Shown here piece by piece: positions 1 to 11,600 of a DNA stretch of 64,000 bases; the first letter of the stretch is position 1, and every line of letters starts with the position of its first letter. The translations under genes were made by a program, and so were the position numbers. Source of the stretch: Octopus bimaculoides (Eukaryota); assembly GCF_001194135.2 (NCBI RefSeq), contig NC_069007.1, forward strand, positions 21,663,262-21,727,261, read 5' to 3'. Below the pieces are notes generated by a model. It searched no databases and was not told where the DNA came from. It worked only from the letters and a program-made list of their open reading frames with translations.

Positions 1-17
1 TTGATGTAGTTTCTCCT
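1..17 (-). other. Possible start of a further ARID2 exon cut by the window edge
   Basis: Long pyrimidine tract (21-65) followed by ttag at 18-21 on the minus strand. The phase-0 reading RRNYI does not match the expected (D/E)EKEGP motif, so this is unproven. Confidence 0.2.
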
Positions 18-3000
18 CTAAGGCAACAGCAAAACAAGACAGAGAAAAAATGAAACAAAAACAAAACAATACCCTGTATAAAGTTCTAACAGATAGAGCA
101 GACCAAATTGTTGTGAATTTTGGCTTTGTTGTTATAGCGACGAAACAAGGATGAAACATCACCTTGAAAATATCAAAACTTGATTGGGAATCACACATCG
201 ACAAAGTGAACTATTTGAGACAAAGAGAAGTCCAACAGGAAAAAAAAGAAAATCCTCTTCCAAGAAAAAAACTTGAAGCCGTCCATGGTTCCAATAAACA
301 ACAAAGTTAACGATAAGTTTGAACCAACGTGGGACCTTTTACTCCACCATATAGTGTGCTAAAAATAGTAGCCATTACTCCAAAACATAACACCTTACCA
401 TATAAATAAGAAGAAAGAATATAGTGGATAGGGTAGTCACAGCTGGAAGGTCTCTGATCAATTACTGGTGGTGGGTTGACAAGTCCCTTAACCCCTTGGG
501 GGTTGTTAGACCGCTGCAGCCATGCAGGGCAAGAAAGCCTGGCAAAGCCCATCCCTCTTCAGGCTAAACTCATTTCTACAGCTGAGTGAACTGGAGCAAC
601 ATGAAACGAAGTGTTTTTGCTCAAGAACACAATGGATCACCCAGTCCAGGAACCAAAACCACAATTTTACAGTCATGAATCCAACATCCTAACCACTAAG
701 CGACGTGCCTCCACATGGTGGGCCAAGGGAGCTAAATAATGATGGAAAAAAAATAGAATGAAACCTAATCACCATTTTAATAGTAACCAGAGTGAACCAG
801 AAACAAAATATTTATCCCTTTAGCATTTAAACCAGCCAGATCTGGCTTCTCACACCTACCTTACAATGTCATTCTAAAAATAAACAATTGCCTCATCAAA
901 ATATTGAAGCTAAGAGATAAATGCATGATTAATTAAAAACAAGGTGAATGAACAGGTGTCACATCTAAAAGAAAAATCTGAATACTAAAAAAGCTAATCT
1001 TTTGGCTGACAAAAGACTCGCAAGAACTCCTCTTTTAATTCTACCCATTCCACAGGCATAAAAATTCAGAGAAAAACACACTGGATCAAAGAAGTAATTG
1101 CCTTGAGCAGACATGTTGCTGGATGTAGCAGCCAGATTAGTAGATGGAGATGGGACAAGTAGGGTTTCATAAATCTATGAACTGACAAACCTATGGAATA
1201 AAACTTAGCGGAGATCTTGTAAGGTGAACAACAATTAGCATCACCTGTCTTCATTCAAAGTTTCTCCTTTTTCTTTGTTATTTGCCCAATTTTTATGTCC
1301 TTTGGAATGAGGAATATTCTTTTCTTTTCTCTTATTTTACTTGCCAAAATTGCAAGCCTATTGACTAAATGATGGTACTAACTGAACAAAATAAACAAGA
1401 TCATTAACCTTAATAGCTGTAAAGAACAGGTGGGCTGAGATAACCTGATCCAAGTCGAGCCAAGGTTACAGAGAAACATTTTTTGTCCTGTATTTTTGTT
1501 TAGTATTCCAACATGAAGGGGAAAAAAAAGTAAAGAAAAATTTAATAAAATCAAACATGCAAAAAAAAAAAAAAAAAAGATCCCTTTGCAAAATAGAAGG
1601 GGTGGAAAAAAAAGGGAAGACATCATTATATGCATGAACAGAAAAAAAAAAAGAAAATTTGAATTAAAATAAAACATCAATACTTGAGTAAGTCATGTCA
1701 TTATAGCACAGAAAGAAATGTCAAAACAGAAATAAGTAAACAAACACATCATGCCAAGGGTCTAGACATAAAAAACAAAACAAAAAAAAACACAAATCAA
1801 GTCTCTGCTATGACAGAGAGAGATGTAACATGCTTCAAAAAGTTTAAATCTGTCAATAATATCAGAGCATCTTATTATAAACAGATGAACATATTGGACG
1901 TAATATATTGGACGACATCAATAAGCAACTAACTAGAAGCATTAAATCATGAATCTTTGAGGTTACATTTGGTTATAAATGCAAATATACACAGACACAA
2001 CAAGCACTCCGACACACAGACAGAAAAAATCTTGGGCTTCCATTTTGGAGCCAATATAAATTTCAGTCCTGAGCAACTGTTGGCACTCTACAAGGCCCCC
2101 AAATATGCTCCCCCCGTCCCCCCACCACCACCACCAACCACTATATACAGGAGTATGAAGTTCTCATCAGATACCTGAAACGATGCACCTCCTTCCAATC
2201 ACTGACATCCAAGACCACACGCAGAAGAAAGCCATCCACCTGATCCGTAAATCTACAAATGTTTTGCTAGTGATACGCTGTGCCCTTGCTCTGAGTCTCT
2301 TGGTACAGCAACTGCAACTGCAGCCTCTGCCCTTCAACAACCACTGACTACTACACCTCACCAAACACCAAACCCCATACTATCCACCTACTTTTCAGCT
2401 TCTTTCTCACTCCCATTAAGTCATTGTCACTTTACATTAACCTTCGACTCTTCAAACCCCAATGCCCAACACAAAAAAAAATCTTTCTGAATTAACTGGA
2501 ACCCCAACAGTTAAAAGAAATGGATTTACTTCTCTCGCTACAAAAATGAAAATAAATGACACAGAAATACACAAATCAAATGACAATGTGTATATAATAA
2601 AGAGGAGAAAAGCAATTTCCTCCATTCTAGTCTCTACGTTTCGAAATGATCTCAGCTTCGCATGTTTCACATTCAAACCAAATATACAAAACAAACAGCA
2701 ACAACTACATCACCACCATCATTTAATGTCCACTTGTCCATGCTTGCATGAGTTGGAAGGAACTTGCCAAGGCAGATTTTTTACAACTGGATGCCCTTTC
2801 TGTCACCAAACCTCACTTGTTCTCAAGTAAGGTAATATTCCCCCATAATCAAACCTGTTTTCCCAGAAGATTAGAAGTGCTACCATGGGTCAGATGGAAT
2901 GTTGCTAAGGCAGATTTCCTATGGCTAGATGCTCTTCCCATTGCCAATCCTAACCAGACATGTTTTTCACAGAAGACTGGGAACAAAGGATATTGCTTTG

Positions 3001-3109
3001 CATGATGGTGACATATGTTCACAGCTATCACACTATGTCAAGGCAAAGAGACACAAACACACAAATCATTAAGGTGGCTATTCACAATCTACAACGGAAA
3101 GGTGACAAG

Positions 3110-3520
3110 TACAGTTGTCACTAAAGAGACGGAGGGTGCTAGTGGGCACCAGCATTGCTAGAAATAAGAGTCAAAACAACTCTTAGCCATGTGAAAGCAC
3201 TTTTCTAACGACTGACAAGGGAGACAGGCTCCCACCCTACGACAAGCAAGTCAAATCAGCGCTGATTTCAGATTTGATTAATCTTCATCACTGACCCGTT
3301 ACTCAGTTACCGAGGGTTAAAGACTTAACTCACCTTGTCAGTCTTATCAGATCTGAAATCAGTGTTGATATGATTCCACCTTGATTGCCGGAGGGAGGGA
3401 GCTTGTCCCCCTTGTCAATCATTGGAAAAGTGCTCTCAATTGGCTAAGAGTTCTTTTAACTCTTATTTCTAGCAATGCTGGTGCTCACGAGCACCCTCTG
3501 TCACTTTAGTGATGACTATA
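3110..3520. mobile_element. Foldback (long palindromic) element, TA-flanked, CAGT-type end
   Basis: Arms of about 180 bp (3112-3290 and about 3335-3518) are reverse complements of each other, e.g. cactaaagagacggagggtgctagtgggcaccagcattgctagaaataagag versus its mirror; TA at 3110-3111 and 3519-3520. Confidence 0.85.
3248..3297 (-). ncRNA. Hammerhead ribozyme fold with a C3G core change
   Basis: GGGUCA-GUGAUGA-AGAUU(AAUCA)AAUCU-GAAA-UCAGCGCUGA-U-U-UGACUU; all three helices pair and helix III is a 12-nt palindrome. Confidence 0.7.
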
Positions 3521-5291
3521 CTTTATCTATACACACACACACACACACACACACACATGCGTGCGGCAAATTTTTCAGTCGGTATATACATCACAAAATA
3601 ATTTTGTCATCTGGCTGACACTAATAAAGAAACAAGGCAGTCTTCTAGTTTATCCAGTTTGATTTTGAAATAACTCTGAATCAAGTTTTGAATTAATTGC
3701 AAGCAATAAATTCACAACTCATCTTCTTCAAGTCAAAAACTAGTTTCAACAATTACTTCTCTCTATTTCTGATGTTAATTAATAATGTTAGTAAATTTCA
3801 CCATTATTATCACTCAATCCGTACACACATCATGTATGGGATGAAGAAGTAGTACAGACTATGGTGTTGATCCAGTTGTAGCCACTGCTCAGTGGCTGAA
3901 ACTAGTGAAATGGCTTTGAATTATGTCAAGCAGTGTTACAGATGCAATTTTAATGAACGCAAAATGCAAAGAGAAAGGTGTAGGATTAGTAAAATACTCT
4001 TAATGACAATATTCTAAACTAAAACCCTGAAAAAAGTGACAAGCTACTGAGAGAATTACAAACACACATCATGAGATGTGTGTATGCAGTGTGTAGATTA
4101 TAGACACATACATATATCACCCAAAGCATATTTCATATGCCTGTGTATTATGCACATATACACACATGCACATCATTTTGTTTCGTATCTGAATTTCCAT
4201 GCAAATATCACCAACCTGTACTCATTTCTCAAATAAGAGAATATGCATGTATAAACACAGTAAATAGACACCCTACATTAACCCTTTTATTGGTACAGTC
4301 ACTACCCGGTGCTTCAAACTCGTTAATGCATTATACACAAGGCATGCCTACTAAATACGGGATTAAGTATTCCAATGCACCAAATGACATTATTTTCTCA
4401 CAAAGGTGTCTATTTACTTTTGAGATGCCTGTGCATACACACCTACATACATATGTATATTCATACACACACAAATATATATATATATATATACACAGAT
4501 ATCGTGTATATAGATGTAAAAATTGCCAAGCTAACTCGTATTATGAATTACGTATCTCCTTGGCCATGAAGAGGCCAGAGAAGAGGTGCTTAGCTTTGAG
4601 CCTTGAAAATCTCACACCTATGCCCAACAGTTAACTAAACCAGTCCCTGTAGAAGATGTCCAGCTCCAAAACAGAACAAAAAACTGGTCCCTGAATTCCC
4701 AAATTAGTTGGTTCGGTACCTTTTTCACCTTCACGCTGTTTCTAATTGTCATATTACAAAGGCAAGAAAACGAGTAAATATAACAATAAAAGCCATGGAG
4801 GGAGAGGATCATTTGAAGACCCAACATTATTAAGAAACTGTGAAGAGACATTCCGACCCTTTCAATCTGCTCTCCAGTTCCCTTAACCAAACACTATTCA
4901 TTCGAACCACAGACATTATAACCCTTTCACCACTCAGTCCCCACCTCCCACTCACACACCAGCCCTCCATCTCAAATATCAAAATATCTTTCCTTCTATT
5001 TTTACCTCCCCACCAAAAACCTAATTAACTAATTAAACATATTTCAAAGTAACATGACATGGAACTGAAACTTTGCCCCCTCTTATATCGGTTACATATT
5101 TCACCCCTGCTATTCTTTTAGACTAGTATTTACATTATGGGTCTTTTTTTGCTTTTTTTACATGCATATTTGTTGATTTGTTAAAAACTTTTTTTTTGCG
5201 CTGCCAAAATGCTACTTTGATGTAATTAACATAGCTTAGGTGAATGATGTTCTCAATAACCGCAAGTCATCAGCAGTGATTGAAAACTCAC

Positions 5292-5639
5292 CATTAACTC
5301 AGGGAAAGGTGGCCTTGCCGAGAACCGTCTAATAGCTTGGATGGCAGCGTCAGGAGGATAGACGAGATTAGCAGTTCCAGGAGCAGCAGCAGGAGCAGCC
5401 GCCGCCGACACGCCACCGCTTCCAGCAACACCACCACTCACACCACTGCCTGCGGTAGAAACACATGGTGCACTGACAGAAGCAGCAGCAGCAGGGCTCA
5501 CCTGAAGAGGGGGAAGAAGAGGAGGTTGCGATTGGGTAGGTGGCGCTGCATGTGCTACTGCACCTGGCATATTCATCTGAGCCGACTGGATTCGCCGCTG
5601 GGCTGCAGCTCGCAGAACTGCTTCAGAGCAATGCTGATC
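5292..5639 (-). CDS. ARID2: ARID2 exon 19 (348 nt): [14 protein letters not shown]...Ala/Gly/Pro insert...[21 protein letters not shown]
   Basis: Acceptor tttccttgcag, donor ATG|gtgagt; DQHCS matches DKHCS and AAIQAIRR matches AALMALRR of vertebrate ARID2. Confidence 0.9.
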
Positions 5640-8600
5640 CTGCAAGGAAAGAAAAAAACAGAAAAACAACGCCATTTAGAATCTCAAATAAACGAAAACC
5701 AAGTAAGAGAATGGAAGAGAGAAAGTGTTCAGGACTTGATCTCTTGATACACACAAACAACTACACACTAGGTCAAGATATATATACAGACAACAGCATA
5801 GAATACGTTGGATAGGGTCCAATTCTACCCTGCATCTGTATTAAGGGGTCTTCAGAACATTTGAGAGGTACAGGCATGTCTGTGTAGTTAAGAAACCTGC
5901 TTTGCAACCTCATGGTTTAAGGTTCCATACCTCAAAACGACACCTTGGGCAAGTATCTGCTACAATAGGCCCAGGTAAACCAGTGCCTTGTGAGTGGACT
6001 TGGTCAACGGAAACTATGTGGAAGCCCATTGTGAGCATGTGTCTGACAACCAGTGTTGGTTTGTTTACATCCCCACAGCTTACTGTTCAGCAAAGAGAGA
6101 CTGATAGAATGATGCGAAATCATGTGTTGAAACAGATATTGTTTTATTTCAGAATGGTCATTTCTTTTTTTCTTGCCAAATAAGAACACGCACTATACAT
6201 TCATTCTTCACTCGTTTATTACTGCTCTTAGTTTATCTTATGTCCACTGTCTGGAAATCTTTCATCACACATCCATGACCTCTTCCATCCACGTGTATCC
6301 TCTAGTTCTGTTTGATCCATGGACTAAACAGAACAGGATACGAACCAACACGCCTACCTGGGAGAAAAAAGTGAAGTTACACATGCTTCAATGACAATTC
6401 AAAACCAACGGAACCTGGATCAAGAACAATGGAGGAAAGTGATGAATGGCCTATGCTTCATAGGGAACAAAGAATTGTTACTGAGTGACCACCACTGAAT
6501 AATACTGACCTGTATGTGTGTGACCAAAGACCATTTTTTCCTTTCCAATTTTTCACAGCCTTCCCATTTACAAACTCCATCAGACTCTGCCATGACATGT
6601 GCACTGTAAACGTGACTGTAGACACCTTTGCTGGTCTCAAAACAGCTGAAACAAAACAGGGGGGAAAAAAGGCTCTCAATGAAACACAGAGGAATGGAGC
6701 AACATTTCACAAGATACTGCAAATACCAAATAGACTCAAGAAAGACGGAGAAAACAGTGTAGCAGGGCCATGGTGTTGGACAGACCGTGGCTACTATTCA
6801 CCCCCATCCCCTGAGACACAGGCTCATCAGTTCCACCTCGATCTCACAGTAAAGCATGTCACAAGGAAACTCAAATCCCATTTCTCTCAATCTGTTAACC
6901 ACATCATCATCATTTAGTGTCCATTCTCCATGCTGGCATGGATCAAGGAACAAGTTGGAGTTCAACAACAACAACAACAACAACCACCACCACATTGTCA
7001 AGGCTGACCAGGGCTGACAACAATTGATACAAGTGTGTGATAGCCATTACAGTTATTATAAAATTCCATGAACTTAGATTTTTAAAAAAAACATATATAT
7101 ATACACAAAGGTTAATGGAGGTGAGGCATCGACCCGTGGTTGTAGACTGGAGTTGAGAAGTTATGGTCAGCCAACAGTTGTGGTTTTTAATCTTTGGCTT
7201 TCAAATTCCTCTCAAATGAAATATTTATTTATTAACATTGTTTGGAATTTGTCATGCATTGTCTCACTGCTTCAACATTCCGATGATGTGATGGCTTATT
7301 TTAAAGATCACATTGTAAGGTAGGTGTGAGAGGTTAGATCTGGCCAGTTTAAATGCTAAAGGGTTAAGCAATGTTTCTAAACTGCATGCTCAATTTGGAT
7401 CTACATCATTCTTCATTTTATCACTGGGGGTTTGGTTCTAAAAACCACAGTTATAAAGGAATCCTCTCCATATATTTTGTAAATGATAGATTTACCTTTA
7501 CCTTTACCTGTAGGGAATACACTTGTCTTCATATTTTTTCTGTTCCCCGGTCCCATGTGGATGGGTTCAAATACATAAATCAATACAAAATCAATACAAA
7601 ACAATGACTCACAAATCCCAAATTTGTAAGAGGAACGTCTGGCTAATTGAATCAACCAATATACATGGCTGGGAATTGGTTTTTCTGATCACCCTCACAA
7701 TCAAGCGGAACTTGATAGTAAAACAGAAATAAATCCAAATACAATTTATTTCCTCTCAAACACACAGACTCGGATGTGTGCAGGTGTCTGTATACCTGTA
7801 TATGTAAGTGCATTCAGACACACACACACACAATCCTAGCAATGATGATGATGATGACGATGACAGTGGTAGTGATAGTAGTGGTGGTGGTGGTGGTGGT
7901 GGTTTCCTTTACAGTCATAATGAAAACAACAACAACAACAACAACATTAAAGAACACTTACCGTTTACAGTTGGCCCACTCACAAACAAATTCTGAACCA
8001 ATCGATGACGAACACCTTGAGTCTGCACTACCAGCATTGTTCCGAATTCGCTTCCGAGCCTTAACCAACTTATCAGCACCTGTGCCTGGAACACCTTTGG
8101 GAGATATGGACTGAGCAGGACGCAGGGCAGTATCTTTACTATCTTTATACAACAGCGTACCCGATAAGAGTGTACCCTGATTAAAGTTGGAATGCTGTTT
8201 TTCAAAAGCGTCCTGAACTGAAGAAACACTAGAGCTGTCACAGCTGATGTCTCCATCACCAGAATCTGATGCTGGAACCAGCCGTGATTCACAAGTCCTA
8301 TTTACATGGCTACATAACACAGTTGAATTTTGTTTATCAGATTTTTTCTTCAAACAATTGCTACCAGAACAATCTGACGGCCGCTGTTTCTTTGCGGCAC
8401 ATGTACCAGAACTCAAATGTGTTGCAGTCTTTTCAATATTATTACTGTCTGTTAAAAATTTACAATCGCTTATTGTTTCTTGTAGTCCATTTACAACACA
8501 ACCATTTTCCGGAACCCTAGCAACAGAAGATGATGAGTTTGACGATGATGATGATGATAATGATGACACACTCGCCTTCCGCTTCCTCTCTTTTTGATTC

Positions 8601-11600
8601 TCTGCCGAGAGCTGTAGTTTGGTGTCCAGTGAAGGTTTACTGTCACTGCTGCCTAAATGGTTTAGAATTCCATTGACTTTGTTAAATTTGTCAACAGGTT
8701 TATTCAACAAAATCTTTTCACCGACACTCAACTCTTCTGACTTGATATCAAAGTTCAGTTTGACATCAACAGTTGAAGCAGACGTAACACCATTGTGCAA
8801 CTGTTCATTACTTGCACCGCTAGGACACATCTTGGTGTCCACTAATGTCTGAATATTATTATTGTTATTATTGTTGTTATTGTTATTATTATGCGGACAC
8901 AAGCAATGAGCCGTGACCGCTGCACTGCCAGACTTCACACCACCGTTCACTTGAGCCCCCGCTGCCAGTGTTCGGTTCGGTTTCGGAGACTCGCAAGTGC
9001 TGCTGCTAACCGACAGTTTCGGGCCGGAGTTCTCACTGTCAACGGGAACTTCTGGATGTGTTAAGACATCGTCTTCCTGTTTTGTGGAAACTGTATTAGA
9101 ATTTGAAACCTCGCTTTTACCAATAGCATCGGACTGAGTCTTCTCTTCTTTAACGTCTGTCAATAGAGGTTTGTGTGGATGATATGTTGTTGATATTGTT
9201 GTTGATGAGGATGAGGATGATGGCGATGATGATGATGATGATTGTTGATTACTATGACAAGTATTGCTGCCCAACATGTCGACATTTTTCTTCAACTCTT
9301 TACTCGCTGAATATACAAAAGCTACAGGCGATTCAGCAATCTTCTCTTCCATACCAATGTCCATAGTCGGAATGCTGTGTGTGTGATTATGTAAAAGGTT
9401 TTTCTCGTCGGAGCCTGTCAGCAGGATGTTTTGAAAAGAAGCACCCGGAACGTCTTTCGCATTGCTCACAACATCCGAATTCTGTAACGACTCAGATTTC
9501 TCTAAATTGGACGGCTCAGCAGCCCCTTCTAACAGCTTTAGGCATTTGTTCTCAACGCGCTCAATTCTTGCCTCAGACCCTTCTTTCACAATGTCCTTAG
9601 CACATTCTACCTCTCCACAAACCTCCAACTCAAAATCCTGTGGTGTCTGCGGAGAAGAAGCATTGGACAACACAGAGTCGGTGTCTAAAGATTTACATTT
9701 CGATGTAACCAGCTTGGGTGTTGATGCACGACAAGGGTGAGAAGTGAAGTTCTTCACGGGACTAACTCTACCTTTCTTCATTTTCTGTGAATTCTCCAGC
9801 AGCATATTCTGACTAGAAGGGAACAACGGTCCCTGGGATTGAAAAACACATTTTGTGAGGGTTTGTGGAGAGAGGTTGCTATCTAAAGATGCTTCTCCAG
9901 GTGAAACTGGCGACACTTTAGAGAAGATTGTATTAGCAGTTGCAGTTGTTGTATTGGTGGCAGTAGTAGTAGTAGTAGTAGCTGTTGACACTTGAGTTAC
10001 TGGCCTGTACTGGATGACCACTTCATTCTGCTGCAAACTACTATCAATGGTCTGTGACAAAGCATTGAGTGGCAGTGAACTGGGGGCAGGGTTGCTGTTG
10101 GCTGGTGCCGGGGTCTGGCTCAAACCGTTTCCAAATAGTTGACTCGTCTCCAGAGTTAAGCTCTGTTGGCTGTTAGGAATATTACTGTCAGGCAAGTCGT
10201 GAATTACAATTTGCTGCTGCAAATGTTGAGGTTGCAAAGTAGACTGTTGCTGACTTGGTTGAGCCTGTATCACAAATTGCTGTTGTTGTGGCGGCACCTG
10301 AATGACTAGCTGTTGCGTTTGCAGAGTGGCTGGTGTAGTCTGTATGACAAGCTGTTGAGTTGCTTGAACAGGCTGACCTTGTGGCGTTGACGGCATCTGG
10401 ATGACCAGCTGCTGTTGTTGCTGAGCTTGCGGCTGCTGCAGGAGAATCTGAGATCCTTGGATGACAAACGACTCTTCCGGCCGGGAAGAAACAGCTTGTG
10501 TGGCATCTTGTTGGTCCTGCAGCTCAGCTTGAACAACTAAAGGCTCCTGGTTGTTTAACTGTCCCGAGACAGCTTGAACGACAATGTCCTGTTGATGGAG
10601 ACTTGCTTCAGAGTTCAGTTGGATCACTAACTCGTCCGGTTTCAAACCACTGTTAGCATCTTGGGTGCCAGGTAACGCTTTCACGGCAGTCTGCAACAGG
10701 ACTGGCTTATTTCCTTGGCCAGTCTGCTGCGAGTTTTGTGCACTTTGTACGACATTTGCATCAACATTGACTGCTAACTGCGTCGTGGCAGACCCCAAAG
10801 ATACTTCTACTTTCTTAGAATCTTGCTGGCTGGTCTGTTGGGAAAATGGCTGCTCAGTCGGGAGAACTGCATCAGGCTTCTCCAACTGGCTTTCCAAAGA
10901 TTGTGCGAGATGTAATTCATTAGATGCAGGCGCCAGATTTCCCTTCAATTCTTCTTGAAGATCTTCATGACCAGTGTCCGGCTCAGTCTGTTGGCTGTCT
11001 GTTTCCATGTTTTCTTCTTGCCGTAAATTGTTATCACATGTGGTCTGCTGAGAGTCTTTTGGTGCGCTGTCCTGGGTGCTTACTAGCAGACTCTGCTGGG
11101 ATTGGTCTTCGGTTGTATAGCACGAGTCTTGACTAATGGAGGTTTGCGATTCCATTGTGTCAGACGGTGCCGGAGAATCGATTGACGGTGGATGCCATTC
11201 CATCACCGGAACTGTCACTGCCCTGACAACATTCTGTTTGTTGGGTTTGGTTTCGAGGCTTGGAAACCCATCCTGAGACATTGCAGCATCAGATCGAGCA
11301 GGTGAAGGAGGGGCGTTGGAGATTGAGGAGATAGTTAAGGGAGTTTCTTGACATTGGTGAGATGGACTTTGAGTTCCTCGGTTTTGGTTGAGCTTCTTGG
11401 CAAGTAAAGTTTTAATTAAGTTTGTTTCTGAGGGCAGGCGATTTCCTGCGGTTCCAACACCGTCTTGGAATGGACTGCCTTTACCCTGCAGGTTTGGTTT
11501 AGTTTGCTGCCTTGAAGGGTTGGAGGCAGGGGCTTGAGTCTGGTCAGATTCCATATGCAAAGCATGTTGGATGCAAGAATACGAAGGATTCTGACTGAGA

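Noticed and set aside
18-5291. ARID2 penultimate exon ((D/E)EKEGPxTKxIRLT motif)
   Set aside because: Searched by eye on the minus strand and not found; partial look-alikes at about 340 (KGPT) and about 4690 (QGPV) stop early and lack matching splice sites.
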